Both the position numbers and the translations under genes were made by a program. The notes below the pieces were generated by a model. It made no database searches. It had not been told where the DNA came from and was given only the letters and a program-made list of their open reading frames with translations. Positions 16,619 through 25,123 of a stretch of DNA of 31,105 nucleotides are shown piece after piece. The stretch's first letter is position 1; each line of letters starts with the position of its first letter. This DNA is from Thermoleophilaceae bacterium (GTDB taxonomy: Bacteria > Actinomycetota > Thermoleophilia > Solirubrobacterales > Thermoleophilaceae), in contig DASUQG010000354.1 of the NCBI GenBank assembly GCA_036280695.1, positions 1-31,105 of the forward strand, read 5' to 3'.

Positions 16619-18346
16619 TCAGAGGCTGCGAGGCGCGATCGGCTGCGCCACAGTGCCGGCGGCCGAGTGCGCCGCGCCGACCTCGCGCCGGATGTCTTTC
16701 ATGGGTTCGACGCTGCGCACTCTCGGGATAACGTCGAAGTTGTTCGGGGGCGGCGGGGACTGGGTGAACCACTCGAGGGTGTTGCCCTGCCACGGGTCGT
16801 TCCCGGCCCGCGGGCCGTGCCTGCTGCTCCACAGCAGGTTCACCACGACCATCACCACGCCGATGGCGAGCACGAACGATCCGATGGTCGAGATCAGGTT
16901 GTAGGTGGACACGCCGAGCGACGAGTCGTAGTCGTAAATGCGTCGTGGCATTCCCGACAGGCCCGCCGAGTGCTGGATCAGGAAGGTGACGTTGAACCCC
17001 ACGAACATGGTCCAGAACGACAGCTTGCCGAGCGCCTCCGAGAACATCCGGCCGGTGAACTTGGGGAACCAGTAGTAGAGCCCGCCCATGAGCGCGAAGG
17101 CGGAGCCTCCGAACAGCACGTAGTGGAAGTGGGCGACGATGAAGTAGGTGTCGTGCAGGTACCAGTCGACAGGAAAGATGGCCATCATCACGCCCGTGAT
17201 GCCGCCGATCGGAAACAGCGCGAGGAAGCCTGCCGCGAACAACAACGGTGTCTTGAGGAGGATCGAGCCGCGCCAGAGCGTGGCGATCCAGTTGAAGATC
17301 TTGATGCCGGTCGGCACCGCGATCGTGAACGACGAGAGCATGAAGAACGCCAGCACGACGGTCGGCGTCGGGGTCGCGAACATGTGGTGCGCCCAGACCA
17401 GCGCACTGAGGAATGCGATCGCCACGGTCGAGACCGCGATCGCCTTGTAGCCGAAGATCGGCTTGCGGGCGAACACCGGCAAGACCTCCGAGATGATGCC
17501 GAACGCGGGCAGCACCATGATGTAGACCTCGGGGTGGCCGAAGAACCAGAACAGGTGCTGCCACAGCAGCGGGTCGCCGCCGGCGGAGGGGTCGAAGAAG
17601 CCGGTGCCGAAGTGGCGGTCTGTGAGCAGCATGGTCACCGCGGCAGTGAGCGACGGGAGCGCCAGGATCAGCAGGTAGGCGTAGACCAGCATCGACCAGA
17701 TGAACAGCGGCAGGCGGCCCCAGCTCATACCCGGTGCCCGCATGTTGTGGATCGTGGCTACGAAGTTGATCGCGCCGAGGATCGAGGACAGGCTGGTTAG
17801 GTGCACCATCATGATCCACGCATCGATCCCGCCGCCGGGCGAGTAGGCGTCGTCGGAAAGCGGTGCGTAGGAGGTCCAGCCCGCCTGCGGGGGCTCAAAG
17901 AAGAGGCTGGCGTAGAACACGACGCCGCCGAACAGCAGTAGCCAGAACGAGAGCGCGTTCAGCTTCGGGAACGCCATGTCGCGGGCCCCGATCATCAGCG
18001 GCACCAGGTAGTTGCCGAAGCCGGCCCATATCGGCACGAGCGACAGGAAGATCATCGTTGACCCGTGCATGGAGAGGAGGCCGTTGTATGTCTCCGGGTC
18101 GATCAGCGTGTTGTTGGGCGCCGCGAGCTGTGAGCGCATCAGGAGCGCCTCGACTCCGCCCAACAGCAGGAACAGCACGGTGAGGACCAGGTACATGATC
18201 CCGATCCGCTTGTGGTCCGTCGTCGTAAGCCAGCCGAGCCAGCCGCGCGGCTCCGACCTCAGCCCGTGCAGGGCCAGCTCGGGACGCGCGGTGGCTGACC
18301 CCGTGCGTGTCGAGGCATGCGCTGACGTCGAGAGCCGCACCTTCAC
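16619..18346 (-). CDS. ctaD: Cytochrome c oxidase subunit I (heme-copper oxidase, A1 type); start approximate (GTG at 18346 or 18340)
   Basis: TTTDHKRIG, SMHGSTM, GARDMAFPKLN, WFFGHPEVY, VWAHHMF, IAVPTGIKIF, VAHFHYV, GMPRRI. The track's 660-aa ORF includes a non-homologous N-terminal extension. Confidence 0.95.
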   Translation of the reverse strand: MKVRLSTSAHASTRTGSATARPELALHGLRSEPRGWLGWLTTTDHKRIGIMYLVLTVLFLLLGGVEALLMRSQLAAPNNTLIDPETYNGLLSMHGSTMIFLSLVPIWAGFGNYLVPLMIGARDMAFPKLNALSFWLLLFGGVVFYASLFFEPPQAGWTSYAPLSDDAYSPGGGIDAWIMMVHLTSLSSILGAINFVATIHNMRAPGMSWGRLPLFIWSMLVYAYLLILALPSLTAAVTMLLTDRHFGTGFFDPSAGGDPLLWQHLFWFFGHPEVYIMVLPAFGIISEVLPVFARKPIFGYKAIAVSTVAIAFLSALVWAHHMFATPTPTVVLAFFMLSSFTIAVPTGIKIFNWIATLWRGSILLKTPLLFAAGFLALFPIGGITGVMMAIFPVDWYLHDTYFIVAHFHYVLFGGSAFALMGGLYYWFPKFTGRMFSEALGKLSFWTMFVGFNVTFLIQHSAGLSGMPRRIYDYDSSLGVSTYNLISTIGSFVLAIGVVMVVVNLLWSSRHGPRAGNDPWQGNTLEWFTQSPPPPNNFDVIPRVRSVEPMKDIRREVGAAHSAAGTVAQPIAPRSL

Positions 18347-18365
18347 ATCGGGATGGTTGGCGACC

Positions 18366-18821
18366 TTACAGAGACTCGGGCGTGCGTGGCCCCTCGGAAT
18401 GGCGGGCGCGCCCGGTGCTGAGGTGCCGTCGAGCTGGACCGCCGGCCGGCGCGTGAGCGATTCGAGCCGGTAGGGGGGAAGGTCGCGCCCTTTCAATCGA
18501 CGATGCGCCTGGCCGTCTACCGGCCCTGAGCCGACGCTCAACCGGGTTGCTCTCATCGCACGCTCGGCCGCCGGGGGCCTGCCCTTCCGCATCGGGCTCA
18601 TCGCCCTCAGACAGCGCCGCGCCGACCGCGCTCACCAGTACTGCGATCGCGACGATCAGGTACAGGACAGCGAGCCCCAGTACCCAGCCGGCGTCCGTCA
18701 GGCCCAGCAGCGCGACGGGCGCGACCACCAATCCGAGGCAAACCGCGCTGACGATCAGCAGAGCCGGGTAGCCTGCCGTCTCCGCCGCGCGGAGGGAATT
18801 GAGGATGGGGTTGCCTCGCAT
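18366..18821 (-). CDS. Small two-TM membrane protein with a low-quality tail
   Basis: MRGNPILNSL, then two long hydrophobic stretches (PALLIVSAVCLGLVVAPVALLG; WVLGLAVLYLIVAIAVLVSAVGAAL). The last ~70 codons use many A/T-ending codons. Confidence 0.5.
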   Translation of the reverse strand: MRGNPILNSLRAAETAGYPALLIVSAVCLGLVVAPVALLGLTDAGWVLGLAVLYLIVAIAVLVSAVGAALSEGDEPDAEGQAPGGRACDESNPVERRLRAGRRPGASSIERARPSPLPARIAHAPAGGPARRHLSTGRARHSEGPRTPESL

Positions 18822-18937
18822 CGAGGTCTCCCGGAGTCGGGGACTCGGTCGCCTCCCATGCTCGAGGGTCAAGGCGCTTGCTCCTATCCGGACAAAGGAC
18901 CATCCGTGCTGAGGCTGTGCGGCCTGGGCTGGGCTGG

Positions 18938-18955
18938 ATGCACCCTGAGACCCAT
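18938..18955. promoter_or_regulatory. Motif-1 palindrome ATGCAC-CCTGAG-ACCCAT, upstream of a motif-2 promoter
   Basis: Matches the 18-bp pattern but has no -10 at N22. Its centre lies 61.5 nt before the patatin ATG. Confidence 0.55.
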
Positions 18956-18972
18956 TGCGGCGGCACGAGCGC

Positions 18973-19002
18973 GGTAAGGATCCGCCCGCTCGGGGCGCAT
19001 AA
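18973..19002 (+). promoter_or_regulatory. Motif-2 promoter GGTAAG-N18-GCATAA
   Basis: 5 nt before the ATG at 19008; same spacing as the other three sites. Confidence 0.65.
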
Positions 19003-19007
19003 CAGTC

Positions 19008-19940
19008 ATGCCGCGAAAAAAGCAGCCCAAGGTGGGGTTTGTGCTCTCCGGAGGAGCCAGTCTGGGCGCGATTCAGGTCGGAATGCTGCGTGCGCTCTAC
19101 GAGCGCGACATCAGGCCGGATCTGATCGTGGGCACCTCTGCGGGCGCGCTCAACGGCGCCTACATCGCATCGCGCCCCCAGACGCCCGCGACCGCTGAGA
19201 GCCTCGCGCGGATCTGGCGCGAGCTGCGTCGCGGGCAGGTGTTCCCGCTTAATCCGCTGACCGGCTTGCTCGGCTTCCTTGGTACCCGCGACCATCTCGT
19301 CCCCGAGTCAGGGCTGCGGCGCCTGATCGAGCGACATGTCGAGTTTGAGCAGCTCGAAGAGATGCCGATTCCGCTCCACGTTGTCACGGTCGACGTGGTG
19401 ACCGGACAGGAGCTTCGTCTCTCGCACGGCCCGGTACTCGATGCGGTTCTCGCCAGCGCCGCGATCCCGGGTGTGCTCGAGCCCGTCTCCTGGGAGGGCC
19501 GCGCCCTCATGGACGGCGGCGTGGCAAACAACACGCCGATCTCCCACGCGGTCGAGCTCGGCGCGGAGCGCATATACGTACTCCCCACGGGTCACGCCTG
19601 CTCACTCGATGAGCCACCGCACGGAGCGTTGGCGATGGCGCTGCACGCGATCAGCCTGCTGACCCACCGTCGCCTGATCGACGACATCGAGCGACATCGC
19701 GCCGACGCTCACCTGATCGTCATGCCGCCGCCGTGCCCGCTGAACATCCAGCCGATCGACTTCGCCCACGCGGACGAGTTGATCGACGTCGCGCTGCTGG
19801 ACGCGCGCGATTTCCTCGACGGCGGCGGCGAGGCGCGCGAGCCCATCCGCATGCGCATGCACCGGCATTCGAGCATGCCTGGCCGGAGGCCGCGCGCTCA
19901 GCCGGTAATCGAGGCGAAGCCGCCGACGATCGCGCCATAG
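19008..19940 (+). CDS. Patatin-like phospholipase
   Basis: LSGGASLG, nucleophile GTSAG, ASAAIPG, catalytic MDGG. Confidence 0.93.
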   Translation: MPRKKQPKVGFVLSGGASLGAIQVGMLRALYERDIRPDLIVGTSAGALNGAYIASRPQTPATAESLARIWRELRRGQVFPLNPLTGLLGFLGTRDHLVPESGLRRLIERHVEFEQLEEMPIPLHVVTVDVVTGQELRLSHGPVLDAVLASAAIPGVLEPVSWEGRALMDGGVANNTPISHAVELGAERIYVLPTGHACSLDEPPHGALAMALHAISLLTHRRLIDDIERHRADAHLIVMPPPCPLNIQPIDFAHADELIDVALLDARDFLDGGGEAREPIRMRMHRHSSMPGRRPRAQPVIEAKPPTIAP

Positions 19941-20380
19941 GCCACGTGGGCGAGCAGGGTCGCGATTGGCGTGCCGCGCCCGTAGTTGCGCAGCAGGAAG
20001 CCCGGGGGCTCGAGCAGCGGGCTGCTGTTCGCCGCGGTGAGCTCGTTCCCCATGCGGGGGTGAACCGCGGGCAGCAGGACGTTGACGAGCGCCGTCGCCG
20101 AGACGATTCCGTGGAGAAGCCCGAGCAGCGCTCCGAGCGCCCACCCACTCGTGTCAGTGGCCACGAAGATCGCGTAGTAGGCGAGCGCGAACAGCTCGCC
20201 GGCCGCCAGGTGCATCAGGTACCCGAGTGCCTTGGCGCGCGCGCGGTCCCGGGTCAGCGCGGTGCCGAGCAGGAACGGCAGGTCGATGCGGGTGAGGCCC
20301 AGCTCGTTGGCCGCCCGCAATGCGGTGGTGAGCACCAGCGTGCCGATGAAGCCGCCGGCAAGCGCGCCCCAGATGCTCAC
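19898..20380 (-). CDS. Hypothetical membrane protein (about 4 TM)
   Basis: Hydrophobic helices with HLAAG, LLHG and AHVAYG. Its start overlaps the GH15 stop by 4 bp. Confidence 0.75.
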   Translation of the reverse strand: MSIWGALAGGFIGTLVLTTALRAANELGLTRIDLPFLLGTALTRDRARAKALGYLMHLAAGELFALAYYAIFVATDTSGWALGALLGLLHGIVSATALVNVLLPAVHPRMGNELTAANSSPLLEPPGFLLRNYGRGTPIATLLAHVAYGAIVGGFASITG

Positions 20381-22188
20381 GACGCGTTCGCGTTCGAGAT
20401 CGATACCGCGGCCGTGATCAGCGCGAGGTGCACCAGCCCCTGTGGCGTGTTGCCCAGAAACTCGTTCGTGACGGGGTCGATCTCCTCGGCGAACAGGCCG
20501 ACGTCGTTCGCGAGGGTGACCAGCTCGTCCATAAGGGCAGTGGCCTCGTCGGGCTGCCCGATCCGGGCGAGTGCGTCGGCGAGCCAGAACGAGCAGCAGA
20601 GGAAGGCGCCCTCGCCGCCGCGCAGCCCATCGTCTCCGCTGTAGCGCAAGAGCAGCGGACCGCGCCCGAGCTCGCGCCGTATGGCCTCGACCGTCCTCGG
20701 GAGTCGATCGGGGCGGCCGGCGTCGTAGCCGAGCAGGACCCCTAGAAGCAGGCTCGCGTCGAGCTCTTCGCGGCCGGCCTCGCGCGTGTAACTGCCGAGC
20801 TGGTCGGACCAGCAGCGCGTCTCGATGAAGTGGCCGATCGCCTTCCTTTCACGCCGCCACGTCGATTCGTGGTCGCGGGGGAGGTGGCCCGCCTCGGCCA
20901 GCCGCAGAGCGCGGTCGAGCGCCACCCAGCACATCATCTTGGAATGGGTGAAATGCCCCGATTCACGCCTCACCTCCCAGATTCCGGAGTCGGGCTCGCC
21001 CCAGATGCGGCACACCAGGTCGGCGGTCCCGGCGAGGCGCTTGCCCGTCTCGCGGTCGAGTCGTCCTCCGGCCTGCGTGTAGACCAATGCGGTCTGGAGA
21101 AGGTCGCCGTAGATGTCGAGCTGCGTTTGCCCCGCGGCGTCGTTGCCAATGCGTACCGGGCGCGAGCCCCGGTAGCCGTGCAGCTCGAGCGTCCGCTCGC
21201 GAGCCCGCTCCCCACCGTTCAGCCGGTACAGGACCTGGAGGCGTGGGTGGGTGAGCTGCGAAGCGTGCAGCAGCCACCAGAAGAACGCCTCGGCCTCGCT
21301 CGGGCAGCCGAGCTCCAGCAACGCGCCGAGCGTGAAGGCCGAATCACGCACCCAGCAGAAGCGGTAGTCCCAGTTGCGCTCGCCGCCGATCTCCTCCGGT
21401 AGGGAGGCGCTTGCCGCCGCCGCGATGGCCCCCGACGGAGCGTGCACGAGCAGCTTGAGCGCCAGCGCGCTGCGGATCACGGCATCGCGCCACGGTCCGC
21501 CATACGCGCGCTGTCCCGCCCAGCGGCGCCAGTACGCGCTGGTTGCCTCCAGGCGCCCCTCGACGTCCTCACGCCTCGGAAAGACGAGCGGCTCCTGGTG
21601 GGCCGCGCACAGCGCGATCAGAGCCGAGCTGCCCTCGCGGGCGTCGAAGCGCCCGAAGATCGCCTCATCGGCGACCTGCGCCTCACCCGCGTCCCACGAA
21701 CAGACCGCCAGCGCGTGCGGGCCGTCGGTGGCGACCGGAGTCACTCCCCGTCTCTCCAGTCGCGGCGTCCTCGCCCCATAGCCGAAGGCGGGGGTGATCC
21801 GCCAGCGCATCGGAACCTGTCCGCTGAGGCCGTCCACTCGCCGGATGAGCTCGCGCGTCGGCCCCAGCTCGGCGTCCGGCAGGGCCATGGCGTCGGTGAC
21901 ACGGACCACACCCCGCCCGGTGGTGAACGTGGTCTCGAGAAGGTTCGTGTCGGGAAGGTAGCGCCGGCTCACCTTCGCTTCGATCTCAGGCTCCAGCGCG
22001 AAGCGCCCGCCGCGGTCGGCGTCGAGAGCCGCGGCGAACACGCTGGGGGAATCGAGCTCGGGGAGGCACAGCCAGTCGATAGACCCGTCACGTGCGACCA
22101 GGGCGACGGTTCGCCCGTCCCCGATCGCCGCGTAGTCCCGGATTGGGACATAGCGCCGCCCGTTATCGCTGCTGAGCGCTTGTGGCAT
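20377..22188 (-). CDS. Glycoside hydrolase family 15 (glucoamylase / trehalase-like)
   Basis: PIRDYAAIGDGRTVALVARDGSIDWLC, SLPEEIGGERNWDYRFCWVRDS, QLDIYG, GIWEVR, FAEEID, GNTPQGLVH. Likely start is MPQAL at 22188. Confidence 0.94.
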   Translation of the reverse strand: MPQALSSDNGRRYVPIRDYAAIGDGRTVALVARDGSIDWLCLPELDSPSVFAAALDADRGGRFALEPEIEAKVSRRYLPDTNLLETTFTTGRGVVRVTDAMALPDAELGPTRELIRRVDGLSGQVPMRWRITPAFGYGARTPRLERRGVTPVATDGPHALAVCSWDAGEAQVADEAIFGRFDAREGSSALIALCAAHQEPLVFPRREDVEGRLEATSAYWRRWAGQRAYGGPWRDAVIRSALALKLLVHAPSGAIAAAASASLPEEIGGERNWDYRFCWVRDSAFTLGALLELGCPSEAEAFFWWLLHASQLTHPRLQVLYRLNGGERARERTLELHGYRGSRPVRIGNDAAGQTQLDIYGDLLQTALVYTQAGGRLDRETGKRLAGTADLVCRIWGEPDSGIWEVRRESGHFTHSKMMCWVALDRALRLAEAGHLPRDHESTWRRERKAIGHFIETRCWSDQLGSYTREAGREELDASLLLGVLLGYDAGRPDRLPRTVEAIRRELGRGPLLLRYSGDDGLRGGEGAFLCCSFWLADALARIGQPDEATALMDELVTLANDVGLFAEEIDPVTNEFLGNTPQGLVHLALITAAVSISNANAS

Positions 22189-22624
22189 GCCCGCGCGGGT
22201 CCACCGCGTAGCTGGTGAGCGGCAGGCCGAAGCGCTTCTCCAAACGCTCCTCGAGCGCGCGCTCCTGCCAATTCGCATGCTCGGAGCTCCGCAGGGCGAG
22301 CAGCATGTGATCGGGCTTGAAGTCGTCGACCGCGTCGGCGATGACCGTCAGGACGCTGCCGCGGTTGTGCGCTCCAATGGCGTGGGCGCCGACGGCCCGC
22401 ATGTGGCCGAGCACCGTGTCGAGGCGCTCGTCAGCAAGGTGGCGGACCTGATCCACATCGTCCGCAAGCCAGGCGAGCCGTCCGGGGAGGGTGGGCGTCA
22501 CAACGTAAACCTCAGCGGCCGCGCTGAGAAGCGCGCGGACCTCAGGCGGCAGGTCGTGCACTTCAGCGACGGCGGCATCGGCGACGAACAGCAGCCGCCG
22601 TATGGGGGCTTCCGAAGCGCTCAT
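22163..22624 (-). CDS. Hypothetical protein, possibly USP-like fold
   Basis: Alternating beta/alpha pattern (LLFVADA, EVYVVTP, ADERLDTVL, IADAVDDFKPDHMLL, WQE). Operonic overlaps with both neighbours. Confidence 0.65.
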   Translation of the reverse strand: MSASEAPIRRLLFVADAAVAEVHDLPPEVRALLSAAAEVYVVTPTLPGRLAWLADDVDQVRHLADERLDTVLGHMRAVGAHAIGAHNRGSVLTVIADAVDDFKPDHMLLALRSSEHANWQERALEERLEKRFGLPLTSYAVDPRGHATSAQQR

Positions 22625-22824
22625 GGCCGGCTCGAGAGCTCGGCATGGGGCGGACGCTCAGTCGCGGTCCAGGTGTCGTGGTGGCAGCTGTCGAGGATGT
22701 GGCTCGTCGCGAAGTGAGCTGCCGTCGCGCGCAGGTGGTCGAGGCAGAGCCCGGCGTTGCAGCTGCGACACAGCGCGACCGCGGGCCGCTCGTTCCCCAG
22801 CTCGAAGCAGGAATAGCACAGCAT
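22621..22824 (-). CDS. DUF2180-like small Cys/His zinc-binding protein
   Basis: MLCYSC...PAVALCRSCNAGLCLDH gives a CxxC...CxxC-x4-CxxH pattern. AGGA RBS. Confidence 0.75.
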   Translation of the reverse strand: MLCYSCFELGNERPAVALCRSCNAGLCLDHLRATAAHFATSHILDSCHHDTWTATERPPHAELSSRP

Positions 22825-22827
22825 GAT

Positions 22828-24033
22828 TCACGTCCTTTCGAGGTCGTGGAGGGGGGTATCGACTTCGATCGCGCCCTGGTCCTGGGGCATGACATCAGCG
22901 GCCTCGCCCGTCTTGCTGCTGAGGTAGGGAGCGAGATAACGGCCGGAGAGCTTGTTGGGCGGCCACCACAGCGCATCATCCGAGACTGTGGAGTCGTCGC
23001 CCGCGCCGCCGCTGATGTCTGCCCGCAGGTAGCGCGCGGCGCCGCCGGTGAGCAGCGTGCCGCGCAGTACAGGCCGGAACGGCTGTGGCTCGATCTGGAC
23101 GCCCGCGCCGGCGGCGATCGCCTCGGCGACGGCATCGGCCTGTTGGGCGGCGAGGCCGCCCTGTTTGACTGGGAAGGTCGTCGCATCGCCCGCTGCGAAC
23201 ACGTCGTCGAGGCCCGGAACCCGGCCGTGCGCGTCGGTGTGGATGAAACCCTCGTGTTCCGAGGGGATGCCACGCAGTGACGGACCGACCAGGCGCGGCT
23301 CGGTGACGATGCGGTCCACGACCAGGCACTGGTGGCCGGGGGAGATGTAGAGCTTTCCTGGAGGGCCCGGTCGTCCGTAGCTGCACGTGTGCAGGGTCAC
23401 CCCGGATTCGTCCAGGATCGTGCGGATCGCGGCGCCGGCCACGTGGCCGAAGACACCGAGGGGCTCCTCCTCGGGCGTGATAAGGCTCAGCTCGACGCCC
23501 GGATGGCTGTGCGCGGCGCACTCGGCCGCCGTCATCAAGGCCAGGTCGTACAGGGGCAGCGGCCAGCTCGCCCCGGCCGGCTTGACGAATGCCACCTTCT
23601 CGATCCGGCCCTCGCGCAGCTGGTGGAGCAGCATGCGGTACGTGGGTCCGTCGCGACCACCGCGGTAGGTGAGCACTCCCTCGGAGTGCCACTCGCGCTG
23701 CGGACGGGCGCCCAGGGCCAGCACGAGCGTGTCGTAGCTGAGTGAGTCACGATCCCTGGTGACCACACGGTGCTCGGCATGTACCACGCGGTCGAGCGCT
23801 CCACGGTGCCAGTGAGCGCCGAGCTCCGTCGCGGTGTCCTCCAGGCGGAACCCTCGTCCTCGCTGGACCTTGAACGGCTGCTGCGCGGACATCGAGCGAT
23901 TGACGAACTTCAGCTCCGGAGCCACGATCGTTATGTCCAGGCGATCCCCGGCCAACGCACGCAGCGCGAGTAGCGTCTCCAGCCCCGCGACGCCTCCGCC
24001 GGCGATCAACACCTGTCGTCGGGTGCGGGTCAT
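22828..24033 (-). CDS. FAD/NAD(P)-dependent oxidoreductase (SQR / NDH-2-like fold)
   Basis: VLIAGGGVAG, YDTLVLALGA, DVFAAGDAT, FPVKQGGLAAQQA. Confidence 0.85.
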   Translation of the reverse strand: MTRTRRQVLIAGGGVAGLETLLALRALAGDRLDITIVAPELKFVNRSMSAQQPFKVQRGRGFRLEDTATELGAHWHRGALDRVVHAEHRVVTRDRDSLSYDTLVLALGARPQREWHSEGVLTYRGGRDGPTYRMLLHQLREGRIEKVAFVKPAGASWPLPLYDLALMTAAECAAHSHPGVELSLITPEEEPLGVFGHVAGAAIRTILDESGVTLHTCSYGRPGPPGKLYISPGHQCLVVDRIVTEPRLVGPSLRGIPSEHEGFIHTDAHGRVPGLDDVFAAGDATTFPVKQGGLAAQQADAVAEAIAAGAGVQIEPQPFRPVLRGTLLTGGAARYLRADISGGAGDDSTVSDDALWWPPNKLSGRYLAPYLSSKTGEAADVMPQDQGAIEVDTPLHDLERT

Positions 24034-24395
24034 GTTCTCGCTTTCGGCAGGCCGCGCCGCAGGACTTCAGCGAGGACCACCGCGTCGTTGTGTTCGGCGT
24101 CATGGGCCGAGTAGACGAGCGTCAGCGTGCCTTCGCGCGCCCGGCGCCGGAGCCCCGCGAGGCGCGGGCGCTGGTCCCGGAGCTCCTCGATGTAGCGTCG
24201 GCGGAAATCGTCGAAACGCCTGGGCTCATGCCCGAACCACTGTCTCAGGGGAGTGCTCGGCGCCAGCTTCTTGTCCCAGTCGTCGAGCTTGGCCTGCTGG
24301 CGCGAGAGCCCACGCGGCCACAGCCGGTCGATCAGCACGCGATACCCGTCTGCGGGTGCGGCGGGCTCATATGCGCGCTTCAAGCGGACGTCCAT
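24030..24395 (-). CDS. DUF488 family protein (YeaO-like)
   Basis: LKRAYE...DGYRVLIDRLWPRG...LAPSTPLRQWFGH...FRRRYIEEL...TLVYSAHD. Confidence 0.92.
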   Translation of the reverse strand: MDVRLKRAYEPAAPADGYRVLIDRLWPRGLSRQQAKLDDWDKKLAPSTPLRQWFGHEPRRFDDFRRRYIEELRDQRPRLAGLRRRAREGTLTLVYSAHDAEHNDAVVLAEVLRRGLPKART

Positions 24396-24401
24396 ATGAA
24401 C

Positions 24402-24431
24402 GTATGCGTCGGTCCGGGTCGCCCTCTTACC
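24402..24431 (-). promoter_or_regulatory. Motif-2 promoter GGTAAG-N18-GCATAC
   Basis: 6 nt before the ATG at 24395; back-to-back with the folE promoter. Confidence 0.65.
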
Positions 24432-24452
24432 GCTCGCGATCAGGAAGCCGTT

Positions 24453-24482
24453 GGTAAGAACTGGCCGGCTCGGCGCGCAAAC
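24453..24482 (+). promoter_or_regulatory. Motif-2 promoter GGTAAG-N18-GCAAAC
   Basis: 5 nt before the ATG at 24488. Confidence 0.65.
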
Positions 24483-24487
24483 TCCCC

Positions 24488-25123
24488 ATGAGCTTGAACG
24501 ATCCGCGCGTCTCCGCGCTCGCGTTGGCCGAGCCGGTGCCCGCCGACGCAGAGCCCCGTTCCCTTGACCACGAGGCGGTGCAGCGCGCGGCGCGCGACCT
24601 TCTGCGCGCGCTCGGCGCCGATGTCGACGCCGAGGCGCTCGAGGAGACGCCGCGCCGGGTCGCCGACGCGTACGCCGAGCTGCTGACGCCGCGGCCCTTT
24701 CGGGCGACCAGCTTTCCCAACGACGAGGGCTACGACGAGCTGATCGTTGCTCGGTCGATCCCCTTCCACTCGCTGTGCATGCACCACCTACTCCCGTTCC
24801 AGGGTGTGGCGCACGTGGGCTATTTGCCGGGCGAGCGGATCATCGGGCTCAGCAAGCTTGGGCGCATCGTCGAGTTCTTCAGCCGCGACCTCCAGATCCA
24901 GGAGCGGCTGACGACGCAGGTCGCCGACTGGCTCCAGCGCGAGCTCGAGCCCAAGGGAGTCGGTGTCGTCCTCGAGGCGGAGCACATGTGCATGTCGCTG
25001 CGCGGCGTCCAGAAGCTCGGCGCCACGACCGTTACCTCGGCGCTACGCGGCCTCGTGCGCGACGACGCCCGCACCCGCCAGGAGTTCTTGGCCCTTACCA
25101 CGAGGAGTTCCCATGAGCACTGA
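24488..25123 (+). CDS. folE: GTP cyclohydrolase I
   Basis: LEETPRRVA, zinc ligands SLCMHHLLPF, GLSKLGR, QIQERLT, EAEHMCMSLRGV. Confidence 0.96.
   Translation: MSLNDPRVSALALAEPVPADAEPRSLDHEAVQRAARDLLRALGADVDAEALEETPRRVADAYAELLTPRPFRATSFPNDEGYDELIVARSIPFHSLCMHHLLPFQGVAHVGYLPGERIIGLSKLGRIVEFFSRDLQIQERLTTQVADWLQRELEPKGVGVVLEAEHMCMSLRGVQKLGATTVTSALRGLVRDDARTRQEFLALTTRSSHEH

Noticed and set aside
16667-17800. 377-aa plus-strand ORF and other ORFs overlapping ctaD
   Set aside because: Antisense to a highly conserved oxidase gene, with no independent evidence.
18347-18601. N-terminal extension of the 660-aa ctaD ORF
   Set aside because: Low-complexity Arg/Pro-rich text with no oxidase homology, overlapping the upstream ORF tail.
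18973-19002. Sigma-54 interpretation of motif 2 (GG...GC)
   Set aside because: Sigma-54 needs GG-N10-GC; here the GG and GC are 22 nt apart.
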